Source of the DNA: Clostridia bacterium | GTDB taxonomy: Bacteria; Bacillota; Clostridia; Oscillospirales; CAG-382 | DNA length: 64,000 nucleotides | Assembly (NCBI GenBank): GCA_017625615.1 | Contig: JAGAKP010000014.1 | Span: 10,326 to 74,325 of the forward strand | Reading direction: 5' to 3' | In this document: one piece after another, positions 9,348 to 19,364 of the stretch | How positions within the stretch are numbered: position 1 is the first letter of the stretch | Layout: every line of letters begins with the position of its first letter | The notes under the pieces: generated by a model | Database searches by the model: none | What the model was told of the DNA's origin: nothing | The model's input: only the letters and a program-made list of their open reading frames with translations | Position numbers and translations under genes: made by a program

Positions 9348-10171
9348 TATGGAAATATTAAATTTTCCAGAATTACCTTGACTTGCTTCCAATCGTCGGT
9401 GTATAAATAAAAGGTATACTGAGTATCGTTGTAAACGGTATACAGCTTATATCCCGTAATTCCGTCACTGCTGCGCATTACGGTGTAAACGTAGTCCAGC
9501 GTGACGGTGCCGTAATCGGCGGTGAATTTATATCCCATAGGCATATAACTGTCCTTTGCGGGAGATGCGAATATCTGCCAATATTCCCCAACCGAATTTT
9601 CAAGTAAAAGAGTATATACTCTGCCGTCCTGATGCGGGCGTTTAATTACCTTTTTGGGCAAAACACCGTCGGGCAGTGCGGCGGGATACACGTAGCCCGA
9701 AAGCTCCTTTTCAAAAAGACGCGAATATACGTATCTTTGGGCTTTTACGCTGTTTTTGTTGGGATCGTACTCCTCGTAAACCACCGTATGCTCGGAGGTG
9801 ATGATGACGTGAAGCTCCTCCACTATATCTATTCCGAAGGCGGACGCGGTGCCGAAGCACATTACCGCCGCCATGACCGCAGTAATTGCCGCCACCAGCA
9901 GACGGCGGAGAAGACTTCTGCCGTTTATTTTGGAAAAGGTAAGCTTTTTATAGGTTTTTTCTATTATTTTATCCGCGTCTGCGGGAACGGGGAAATCCTT
10001 TCCGCATTCCTCAAGGACACCCTCGTCAACGGTAGCGCCTTCTTCAATAAGGCCGCAGAGATAGTCGAACAAAAGGTGTTTTTCTTCGGCGGTAATATCC
10101 TGCAAGGAAATATCGCCCTGCAAAATGGAGTTATACAGTATGTCTGCTTTCACGTTTTTCAACCCCTTCAC
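9347..10171 (-). CDS. Putative anti-sigma factor (single TM, DUF4367-like extracytoplasmic domain)
   Basis: Directly downstream of an ECF sigma; cytoplasmic N-terminus, RR-LLVAAI TM helix, YVYPAALPDG motif. Confidence 0.7.
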   Translation of the reverse strand: MKGLKNVKADILYNSILQGDISLQDITAEEKHLLFDYLCGLIEEGATVDEGVLEECGKDFPVPADADKIIEKTYKKLTFSKINGRSLLRRLLVAAITAVMAAVMCFGTASAFGIDIVEELHVIITSEHTVVYEEYDPNKNSVKAQRYVYSRLFEKELSGYVYPAALPDGVLPKKVIKRPHQDGRVYTLLLENSVGEYWQIFASPAKDSYMPMGYKFTADYGTVTLDYVYTVMRSSDGITGYKLYTVYNDTQYTFYLYTDDWKQVKVILENLIFP

Positions 10172-10207
10172 TTTAAAAATACCCGTTTTGCCCTTAACGG
10201 AGAAAAG

Positions 10208-10756
10208 CTAAATTTTACCCGAATAAACCTTATCGGTTATCTTTTTTCTAATATAATACACGGTAAACCTGACCGCATCCTCGGTCTTGCCCAATTTCTC
10301 GCCTATTTCGCGGTTGGAAAGACCTTTGTCAAAGCGGAGGTGAAGTATTTCCCGCTCGTTTTTGTTAAGCTCCGAAATAAGCCTTTCGCGCACACGGGCG
10401 TTTTTCCACTGACACCACAAAATATCGTCGGGCACGGTATCCTCGGGAGAAGGTCCGCCCGAAAGTGTGTCTGCCATTTCGTCGGTAATGGGAATGCTTC
10501 TTTTGGTGGAAGCGCCCACCGAGCGGATATGCTTTAAGCAAATAAACCTTGCGGTGAGGAACAGCCACGCGCGCGGATTTTCGTGTTCCATAACCTTTTC
10601 TACGCAGAGGCAAAGGGTTAAAAACAGATTGCCGAGGCAATCCTCTACCCCGTCGGGATCTACACCGCGCAAAAGCTCGTACATCCGCTTTGCAACGAGC
10701 TTGTAATTTTCTTTATATAACGCTTCCGCAAAAGCGCGTTGCTTATCTGTGAGCAC
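10208..10756 (-). CDS. ECF-type RNA polymerase sigma factor
   Basis: Region 2 (EDCLGNLF..NPRAWLFLTAR) and region 4 (LNKNEREILHLRF..LSNREIGEKLGKTEDAVR); 182 aa. Confidence 0.88.
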   Translation of the reverse strand: MLTDKQRAFAEALYKENYKLVAKRMYELLRGVDPDGVEDCLGNLFLTLCLCVEKVMEHENPRAWLFLTARFICLKHIRSVGASTKRSIPITDEMADTLSGGPSPEDTVPDDILWCQWKNARVRERLISELNKNEREILHLRFDKGLSNREIGEKLGKTEDAVRFTVYYIRKKITDKVYSGKI

Positions 10757-10910
10757 GGCGCATCCCTCCTCTGAATATATTTATACCACAAAATAAGGGT
10801 TTGAAGAAAAGAAAAATAAATATTTTTTATTTTCTTCGCACTGCACGCTATGGGTATTTAATTAACAGAGAGCCGAAAAGGCAAGCATTTTTTAAAGGAG
10901 GAAAGAAAAA

Positions 10911-11810
10911 ATGAAAAGATCGTTACGAATAGCTTCGGTCATCGTGCTGGCGGCAATACTTGCATTGACCTGCTCCGTGGCTGTTGCTTATGCGGCAGAC
11001 GAGATATCCGACGTAGCGGAGGAATCGGCTGCGACAACCGAAAACGCCGCCGCTGTGGCAGGCGCTATTCCCGATGAGGCACCTACCCTTCCCGAAGCGG
11101 GAATCGTTGCCGACGAGGAAACGGTTATCACCGCTACCGACCACCTGTACAAGCAGGAAAAGCTTTTGCTGGTTACCGCAGAAAACCTTGCTGACACCGT
11201 ATACAGCGTTGACCTTACCGTTACCTATTACGGAGAAACGGGCGAGGTGATCGGCACCGAAACACAGAGCTACGACCAGCTCGAAAAGGGATTTCCCAAA
11301 AACTTTATATTCCGTCCCGGTTATGATTTCGCGGATTACCTACTCACTATCGAAAAGACCGCATTTGAAGGCGAAACATGGAGAAACGACCTTATAGGTG
11401 AGTTTGGATTTACTTACTGGGATCCCGACGATATGGGAAGTGAAGACGAGATATGGCACGGACTTCCTCATATGGAGCTTAAGAACCGCACCGATAAGAC
11501 ACGTATAATGAAGGACGTATCCACCGTTATTTTTGATGAAAACGGCGAAGTGTATATGGTCCTTGACAGAAAGTGCGAATGCTGGATAGACACCGGTATG
11601 GAAAGCAATTATAAGCATTATCCCGTAACCGTTGACGTTTCTCCCGATATGATACACTGGGAAGACAGCACCTACGTACGCCCCATGGACGGTTGGATAT
11701 GCCCTGCTCCCAAGTTTACCTATTTCACTGCATTCGGTGTTATTAAGCCCGAAGAAAGCGAAACCTACGAATTCGTTGTTCAAAACGGTTATTATACCCC
11801 CGGCGAATAA
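10911..11810 (+). CDS. Secreted protein with two FxLYD-like beta-sandwich repeats
   Basis: Signal peptide AYA-A, acidic linker, repeats VTYYGETGEVIG and VIFDENGEVY; strong SD AAGGAGG. Confidence 0.6.
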   Translation: MKRSLRIASVIVLAAILALTCSVAVAYAADEISDVAEESAATTENAAAVAGAIPDEAPTLPEAGIVADEETVITATDHLYKQEKLLLVTAENLADTVYSVDLTVTYYGETGEVIGTETQSYDQLEKGFPKNFIFRPGYDFADYLLTIEKTAFEGETWRNDLIGEFGFTYWDPDDMGSEDEIWHGLPHMELKNRTDKTRIMKDVSTVIFDENGEVYMVLDRKCECWIDTGMESNYKHYPVTVDVSPDMIHWEDSTYVRPMDGWICPAPKFTYFTAFGVIKPEESETYEFVVQNGYYTPGE

Positions 11811-11854
11811 AACGCTGTTTTTACTTCCTTTTTGAATTACAAATCCCTGCAAGC

Positions 11855-11890
11855 AAAAGGACCGTTGCAAAACGCAACGGTCTTTTTGTT
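11855..11890 (+). terminator. Intrinsic terminator
   Basis: AAAAGGACCGTTGC / GCAACGGTCTTTTT. Confidence 0.8.
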
Positions 11891-11897
11891 TATGAAA

Positions 11898-11922
11898 CGG
11901 GCGATTCGTGAATCGCCCCTAC
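11898..11922 (-). repeat. GTAG-type REP sequence, copy 2
   Basis: Identical 25-mer to 7369-7393. Confidence 0.85.
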
Positions 11923-11958
11923 GGTACCCAAATAGCCAAAAGTTTGACGAAACCACCG

Positions 11959-12110
11959 TCTGTAAAACCAAAAGTCTGATTGAACAGGGGGCTGGATAAA
12001 CAGATGCAGAATGAATTTTCAGGCGTGTGGAGCTGTAGAAATCTACTGCCCACCGACTGAAAATTTATAGAAACGCAAAATAAAAAGAAATCTGTTTTTA
12101 CAGATTTCTA
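11959..12110. repeat. MITE-like nested palindromic element
   Basis: Terminal inverted repeat TCTGTAAAA/TTTTACAGA; internal stem ATGAATTTTCAG/CTGAAAATTTAT around GTAGA-AA-TCTAC. Confidence 0.45.
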
Positions 12111-12121
12111 CCCATAATGAA

Positions 12122-12160
12122 AGCAAAAATGCGAGAGATAAGATAAAATCTCTCGCATTT
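12122..12160 (-). terminator. Intrinsic terminator of gdhA
   Basis: 13-bp stem AAATGCGAGAGAT/ATCTCTCGCATTT with T-run on the minus strand. Confidence 0.8.
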
Positions 12161-12216
12161 GTAATTACGTATCAAAATCTTTTGCGTTTCGATCTGCGCT
12201 GTTTAGCAAGTCCCCA

Positions 12217-13578
<1,362 letters not shown>

Positions 13579-14706
13579 TTATTTATAAAGGCGAACGTAC
13601 TCAAGAGGGTTGACGGTCTGACCGTCAAAGCGGATCTCGAAATGGAGGTGAGCTCCTGTTACGTAGCCCGAAGTGCCGATATTTCCAATTACCTGACCTT
13701 GTTCAACGTACTCGCCTACCTCGACCTTTGCGGCACTGCAATGTGCGTAACGGGTCTCGGAGCCGTCCTCGTGCTGAATAATTATGATAAGTCCGTAGGT
13801 GCCGGAATAATCTGCAAAGGTTACGATACCGTCGCGAGCCGCCCAGAAGGGGTCGCCGTAGCAGGAAACGCCGAAGCCGCCGATAATATCGATACCGGTA
13901 TGCCAGCCCATGCTTCTCCAGCCGTAGTAGGAGGAGATATAGCCGCCGTCATAAGGCATAATAAAGGGGCTTCCGTCAACTGCGGTGTCTTCTGCAGAGG
14001 CAAAAACGCGCTCGTTATCCAATACGCCGCGCTGAATTACGCGGTCGACCGCCTCTACTACTACGGTAGAGGAAAGGAACTTTTTGGATATGCACTGACC
14101 GTTAACGAAAACGGATTCGTAAGTATCTTCGGTAATACCGTCCTGTCCCTCGGTAACGACGACGTCCTCGTGAGTAGCAAGCATATTGCTGTTGTCAACG
14201 TATACGATATCGGATTCAAGAACGGTGGTAGCGGTATCCTCAACGGTTACGCGGAGATTAAGCGTAACGCCTGCGGAAACGCCTGCGTAATTGGTTACGG
14301 AGGTGGTATAGGAGGATTCACTCTCGATACCGAGGAGACGTGCAAGGTCTGCGGAGGTAACGAATGCGTCCTCTTCATATTCGCCGTAAACGGTGGTGAT
14401 CATATTGGTAAAAGACGCGGAGGTGACTTTAAAATCGGTAAACTCCTCGGTACGCGCGTTGAGCACGCTCTCAAGAGTGTCTCCGATAACCGCTTCGATA
14501 GAGGTAGCGGCGATGAGCTCTCCGTCAATATAAAGGCCGTAGCCGCTGCGAGTAACGGGATCCGCCAGCACGGGTGCGGACACGTTGTCCTCCGTATTGG
14601 GGGAATTTGTAAACGCTATAACAGCCACGATGGCAAAAAGCACAAAGAATGCAAGAGTACTTATAACAGCCGGCTTTTTGATAAGATTCTTCAGGTTTCT
14701 ACTCAA
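13579..14706 (-). CDS. M23 family peptidoglycan endopeptidase with G5 domain
   Basis: N-terminal TM, G5-like segment (VVTEGQDG..RVIQRG), M23 motifs HTGID, YAHC and HLHFE. Start is probably TTG 14706 (AGGG SD); GTG 14727 is the alternative. Confidence 0.9.
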   Translation of the reverse strand: MSRNLKNLIKKPAVISTLAFFVLFAIVAVIAFTNSPNTEDNVSAPVLADPVTRSGYGLYIDGELIAATSIEAVIGDTLESVLNARTEEFTDFKVTSASFTNMITTVYGEYEEDAFVTSADLARLLGIESESSYTTSVTNYAGVSAGVTLNLRVTVEDTATTVLESDIVYVDNSNMLATHEDVVVTEGQDGITEDTYESVFVNGQCISKKFLSSTVVVEAVDRVIQRGVLDNERVFASAEDTAVDGSPFIMPYDGGYISSYYGWRSMGWHTGIDIIGGFGVSCYGDPFWAARDGIVTFADYSGTYGLIIIIQHEDGSETRYAHCSAAKVEVGEYVEQGQVIGNIGTSGYVTGAHLHFEIRFDGQTVNPLEYVRLYK

Positions 14707-14741
14707 AAAAATGACCCTACTTTCCACAATAATTTGTAGGC

Positions 14742-14775
14742 ATTATACCACTTATTTATGAACAAAATATGAACA
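14742..14775 (-). promoter_or_regulatory. Extended -10 promoter with TGTTCA-N5-TGTTCA direct repeat over the -35 position
   Basis: TGgTATAAT at 14742-14750; TGAACA at 14759 and 14770 on the plus strand. Confidence 0.55.
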
Positions 14776-14897
14776 AATATTAAAGTATTTGTTACGAACT
14801 CTTAAAAAAGCCCGATTTTATAAGGAATTTACAAAATAGTACTGTTTTTAAAAGAGATAAAGTGGTAATATAATACCGCAAAGGAGAGAAAAAAGCA

Positions 14898-15986
14898 ATG
14901 AAAAAAGCAAAATTTTTTACGCCCGCTTTATGGGTGACCGTTGCCGTGACGGCGCTGAGCGCGGCGGTATACGGAGCGGCAAGACTGTTTACTCCCTTTG
15001 CGGAATGGTGGGCAAAATACCCTTCCCAATGGGTGCGTGCCTTCCTTGCGGCGGTGACGAATATCATCCCCTTTTCCGTAGCGGAGATGATACTGCTTTT
15101 GTTACTGCCTGCGATAATAATATATATTCTTGTAACCAACAGATTTATTCGGGGAGAGGACAAGGAAAATTATTATCGGTGCTTAAGACCTCTGCTTATG
15201 ATAGTTTTACTGCTTGCTTCAAGCTTCCTCGGGGTGTTCGGTCCTTGCTACTTCAGAAAGGGACTTGACGAAAATCTGGGGCTTACCAAAGCGCCCGTCA
15301 CGGCAGAGGAGCTTGCGTACACCGCGGAAAGGCTTATTGAGGAGATCGAAAAGCTTGACGTTAATATTTACAAGGACGGAAGCACCTTTACGGACAAAAG
15401 CTACGGTGAAACCATCGACGACGTAAAGGCGGCTTTTAAAAAGTATTGCGGGGAGAACCAATATATTTCCTATTTTAATTCAAACCCAAAGCTTATTTCC
15501 CTTTCGCCCGTAATGACGTATACTCATATTTCGGGTCTGTATTCCTTTTTTACGGGAGAGGCGAATATTAATTTCAACTATCCCGATTTCGTTTTTCCCT
15601 TTACGGTCGCCCACGAAATGGCGCACCAGCGCGGAATTGCACGGGAGGACGAAGCCAACTTCGTGGCGTTTCTGGTCTGCACGGGCAGTGACGACAGTTA
15701 CGTCAGATACAGCGGTTATATGAACGTTCTTGAATACGTGCTGTCCGCGTTAAGCAAGGCGGACGCCGAAAGGTACAAGGTGCTTGTTAAAAATACCCTT
15801 ACCGACGAGATTAAAGGAGAATTACGGGCGTTCAACACCTTTTTTGAAAAATATACCGACTCCCCCGCGTCCACCGTGGTGGGCGCGATCAACGATTCTT
15901 ATCTTTCAAGCCAAGGTCAGACTGCGGGAAGCGCAAGCTACGGCTTGGTAGTTGATCTTGCGGTGGCGTATTACAAACAAAAATAA
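14898..15986 (+). CDS. DUF3810-family membrane protein, putative zinc metallopeptidase
   Basis: PFSVAE, GLYSFFTGEANIN, HEMAHQRG..REDEANF (HExxH). Confidence 0.88.
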   Translation: MKKAKFFTPALWVTVAVTALSAAVYGAARLFTPFAEWWAKYPSQWVRAFLAAVTNIIPFSVAEMILLLLLPAIIIYILVTNRFIRGEDKENYYRCLRPLLMIVLLLASSFLGVFGPCYFRKGLDENLGLTKAPVTAEELAYTAERLIEEIEKLDVNIYKDGSTFTDKSYGETIDDVKAAFKKYCGENQYISYFNSNPKLISLSPVMTYTHISGLYSFFTGEANINFNYPDFVFPFTVAHEMAHQRGIAREDEANFVAFLVCTGSDDSYVRYSGYMNVLEYVLSALSKADAERYKVLVKNTLTDEIKGELRAFNTFFEKYTDSPASTVVGAINDSYLSSQGQTAGSASYGLVVDLAVAYYKQK

Positions 15987-16047
15987 GTTTTTTTCGGCAG
16001 GCAAAAGGGCTTGCCGAAATTTTTTTATAAAATTTTCGAAAAACCTA

Positions 16048-16108
16048 TTGACAAATTTGGTTGGTGGTTGTAGACTAAGTACAGAGGTTGGTAGTTACAA
16101 ACCTCTGT
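16048..16108 (+). promoter_or_regulatory. blaI promoter and downstream inverted repeat (putative operator)
   Basis: TTGACA-17bp-TAGACT; palindrome ACAGAGGTT-N10-AACCTCTGT at 16081-16108. Confidence 0.65.
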
Positions 16109-16143
16109 GTGCACACAAAACGGTTAAAAAAGAGGTAAAATGA

Positions 16144-16506
16144 ATGGACAATTTGAGATTATGCGAAAGCGATTACAGATTTATGTCGGTGGTATGGGAT
16201 AACGAGCCCGTTCAATCGGGAAAGCTGGTCGAGCTATGCGCCGAAAGATTGGGCTGGAAGAAATCCACCACCTACACCACTCTTAAAAAGCTGTGCGAGA
16301 AGGGATACGCGCAAAACGAAAACACTATAGTCACTTCCCTTATTGCCAGAGAGAGCGTACAGAAGGATTCCAGCGAGCATTTCGTGAGAAACACCTTCGA
16401 GGGCTCTCTGCCTAAATTTCTCGTAGCATTTCTCGGCGGAAAGACTCTTTCCGAGGAGGAAAGCGAGGAGCTGAAGCGTCTTATAGACGAGCATAAGGAG
16501 AAATAG
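16144..16506 (+). CDS. BlaI/MecI/CopY family transcriptional repressor
   Basis: LCESDYRFMSVVW..WKKSTTYTTLKKLCEKG..FEGSLPKFLVAF. Confidence 0.95.
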   Translation: MDNLRLCESDYRFMSVVWDNEPVQSGKLVELCAERLGWKKSTTYTTLKKLCEKGYAQNENTIVTSLIARESVQKDSSEHFVRNTFEGSLPKFLVAFLGGKTLSEEESEELKRLIDEHKEK

Positions 16507-16507
16507 T

Positions 16508-18496
16508 ATGGCTGCTTTATTTGAAGCTGTATTGGATATGAGCGTAAAGGCTTGCCTCGTTATCGCAGTGATAATGGTGGCAAGAATAATACTCCGCCGC
16601 GCACCGAAAAAGCATTCTTACCTGCTGTGGATCGCCGCCGCCTTCAGGCTGTGCGTTCCCTTCAGCGTGGCAAGCAAGGTCAGTATTTTCGGTATTTTTA
16701 AAGAAAATACGGGGGCTGCCGTTATAACAGACCCCATTCCCAATGCATTTCCCGTTCCCGACGGAATTATTGACACGGAAACGGGTGACGCCATAACAAA
16801 CGCTGTGGGTAACACCGTAAAGGGCAGTAATATGCTGTCCTTGACCGAGATACTTGCCTGTGTCTGGCTGCTCGGTGTTATCGTTATGCTGATATACGGA
16901 ATATTTTCTTACCTTATAGTCTACAAGCGTATGTCCACCGCTACCCGCTATGAGAAGAACGTATTTTGCTCGGAAAACGTGCTGTCTCCCTTTACGCTGG
17001 GATTTATAAAGCCCAGAATATATATTCCCTACGGGCTTGACGACGTTACGAGAGAAAAGGTTATACAACACGAAAAATGCCATATAAGCCGTTTTGACCA
17101 TATAATAAAGCCTTTTGCTTTTATATTACTTGCTTTTCATTGGTTCAATCCCCTTTGCTGGCTCGCATTCGACCGCATGAGCCTTGATATGGAGATGAGT
17201 TGTGATGAAAAGCTGTTACGCACACAAGGAGATGAAGAAATGAAAAAAGCATATACCAAAGCTCTGCTTTCCTTCGCTTCCAACCGCCGCTTTCCCTCCC
17301 CCGGTCCCGTTAATTTTAACGAAAGCGGCAACGCGAAGAAGAGAATTAAAAATTCGCTTAACTACAAAAAGCCCCGAATATGGGTATCCGTACTTGCGTA
17401 CGCCTTCTGCGCGCTGATGCTCGTTGCCTGCGCCACCGATGCAAGCGGAACCACTTATACCGATATAAACAAGGAAATATTCGCATCCCTTCCTTACGTT
17501 ATAACCTACCAAAAAAGCGGTGACGGCACCTGCACCGTGACGGACGTTATAGTTGATTATTCCGCAGAGGGCAAGATAACCGTGGTAATACCCGAATATT
17601 CTCCCGAGGGTGACAAGGTGACAAAGGTTAATTTAGAGGATTTCCATACCATCGCAACCCTCAACGTGCCCGTTCTGATAACCGAAGAAAGCTTTGATAA
17701 AATAAAAGCGACTCTTACGGAAAGGGGAAGCACGGAAAGAGAGATAAGACAGGTGGTTTCCTTCTACGATCCTCACGAGCAGGAGGGTATCCTCGTTCTT
17801 GAGCCTGCGATGAATCAGGCGGAATACGAACGAATTTCCGGATTTCTTGCAAAAATAGATTACACCTCCCAGAACGCATACGATGCGGCGGTTGAGGTGG
17901 TGAACACCGTTCCCGCAAGCAGTGACGAGGCAACGAGAATGAGACTTGAAGCCTTCGATTACTTCTACCACTCTTCAAACAAGATCAAATGTATTATTGT
18001 TCCGGAGGGAGCGGAGGTAATCGGCGGGAAGAACGTGACCGTAATCTACCGTAACGTGGAAAAGGATTACGTTAACATTGAAACAAGCACTGCGCCCGAT
18101 GAAGAAAGCGTTTATTTTGACGGAGATAATCCCGTTAAAATAACGAAGGTAATCTTAAGAACGCCAACCGGAACGGAAACCTCTGATGGTTACGCGGTTG
18201 ATTATGAAAATGTATACGGCGTTCACTTTACCTCTGCGTATACTGTAACAGATTTCCGCTTGTTTACACTTACGGTTGCGGACTATAACGATAATGACGG
18301 CTTTATCTACAAAATGGGCGAAGCAGAAAGCGGTGCCGAATCGCTGGATACAGCTCCCGTATTCTTTTCGCAGGATTTTGCCAACAATGATTACGGTATA
18401 TCTTTTGTAGACAAGGACGGAAGCACGAAATATTACAAGGTAGAATACAACCACGAAAACGGCGAATACTACCTTGATTCAATTAAGATAAAATAA
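16508..18496 (+). CDS. BlaR1-type M56 metallopeptidase sensor with an unrecognised extracellular domain
   Basis: SPFTLGFIKPRIYIP, HEKCH (HExxH), HWFNPLCW, EMSCDE motifs; I do not recognise a penicillin-binding domain in the C-terminus. Confidence 0.9.
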   Translation: MAALFEAVLDMSVKACLVIAVIMVARIILRRAPKKHSYLLWIAAAFRLCVPFSVASKVSIFGIFKENTGAAVITDPIPNAFPVPDGIIDTETGDAITNAVGNTVKGSNMLSLTEILACVWLLGVIVMLIYGIFSYLIVYKRMSTATRYEKNVFCSENVLSPFTLGFIKPRIYIPYGLDDVTREKVIQHEKCHISRFDHIIKPFAFILLAFHWFNPLCWLAFDRMSLDMEMSCDEKLLRTQGDEEMKKAYTKALLSFASNRRFPSPGPVNFNESGNAKKRIKNSLNYKKPRIWVSVLAYAFCALMLVACATDASGTTYTDINKEIFASLPYVITYQKSGDGTCTVTDVIVDYSAEGKITVVIPEYSPEGDKVTKVNLEDFHTIATLNVPVLITEESFDKIKATLTERGSTEREIRQVVSFYDPHEQEGILVLEPAMNQAEYERISGFLAKIDYTSQNAYDAAVEVVNTVPASSDEATRMRLEAFDYFYHSSNKIKCIIVPEGAEVIGGKNVTVIYRNVEKDYVNIETSTAPDEESVYFDGDNPVKITKVILRTPTGTETSDGYAVDYENVYGVHFTSAYTVTDFRLFTLTVADYNDNDGFIYKMGEAESGAESLDTAPVFFSQDFANNDYGISFVDKDGSTKYYKVEYNHENGEYYLDSIKIK

Positions 18497-18514
18497 AAAT
18501 CACCCCAACAATCA

Positions 18515-18552
18515 CCCCAAGAAGCCTTACGGCTTCTCGGGGACCCCGATAA
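18515..18552 (+). repeat. CCCC-hairpin-ACCCCGATAA element, copy A
   Basis: CCCCAAGAAGCC-TTAC-GGCTTCTCGGGG-ACCCCGATAA; related copy at 61880-61916. Confidence 0.65.
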
Positions 18553-18556
18553 GAAG

Positions 18557-18589
18557 ACCCGAGAAGAGCTGATCTTCTCGGGTATTTTT
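18557..18589 (+). terminator. Intrinsic terminator between convergent genes
   Basis: ACCCGAGAAGA/TCTTCTCGGGT followed by ATTTTT. Confidence 0.75.
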
Positions 18590-18594
18590 ATGTA

Positions 18595-19347
18595 TTACAG
18601 GTCTCTGTACTCCACTTCCGTATAGGGCGGCTTTACTGTAAGCTTGCCGCGCAGGATACAGTACACCAACGCGCCCAGAGGGAGCGCCGCTTTTATGGTG
18701 GTGGTAAGGCTGTCTGCGCTGACGGACGAAAAGGGCAAGGCGAAAACAAGCCCGAAATTCATACCGAACTCGTACCCGAAGGTGACGGAAAGAGAGAAGC
18801 CCGAAAGGATTATAAGTATCCACAGCCACTTTCTTGCCATATTTCTGCGGGCGCAATCAACTATCATCCACACGCAAAAGCCGATGGCGGCACAGGACAC
18901 CGCAAAGGCCACAAGCTTGAAGGGGATCACCTCGCTTGTGGAAAGGGCGGCTTTGGGGATAACGTCAAGGGTTGCAAACTTATCGTTTTCCGCAAAGAAG
19001 CTCACCTTTACCACAAAGCCCTTCTCGGTATCGGTGGTAAGCTCGTAGGTGAAGGTATAATACCTTACGCCGTTTTCGGTGGTATAGGACCACGCGGTTT
19101 GCTTAAGGGTAAAATCCTTTGCGCCGTCAAAGCTTTGGACTATCTTATCGCAAAATTCGTTAAAGGTACGGCTGTCGATATCTCCGTAATAGCCGCGGGC
19201 GGTATCGCGGTCCCCCGAAAGGACGGCGTTTAAAAATTCGGTGGTGATTTTTTCTGCGTCCACCGTATCGGCGGAAGAACAGCCGCTAAACAGCACGGAA
19301 AGCACCACTGTAACCACAGTAAACAGCACAAATAGGCGTTTTTTCAT
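18595..19347 (-). CDS. Lipoprotein-signal membrane protein (DUF3887/NTF2-like N-domain plus 3 C-terminal TMs)
   Basis: Lipobox FSGC, soluble domain, then hydrophobic helices including WMIVDCARR..KWLW. Confidence 0.6.
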   Translation of the reverse strand: MKKRLFVLFTVVTVVLSVLFSGCSSADTVDAEKITTEFLNAVLSGDRDTARGYYGDIDSRTFNEFCDKIVQSFDGAKDFTLKQTAWSYTTENGVRYYTFTYELTTDTEKGFVVKVSFFAENDKFATLDVIPKAALSTSEVIPFKLVAFAVSCAAIGFCVWMIVDCARRNMARKWLWILIILSGFSLSVTFGYEFGMNFGLVFALPFSSVSADSLTTTIKAALPLGALVYCILRGKLTVKPPYTEVEYRDL

Positions 19348-19364
19348 AGAGCTTCTACTCCTTA

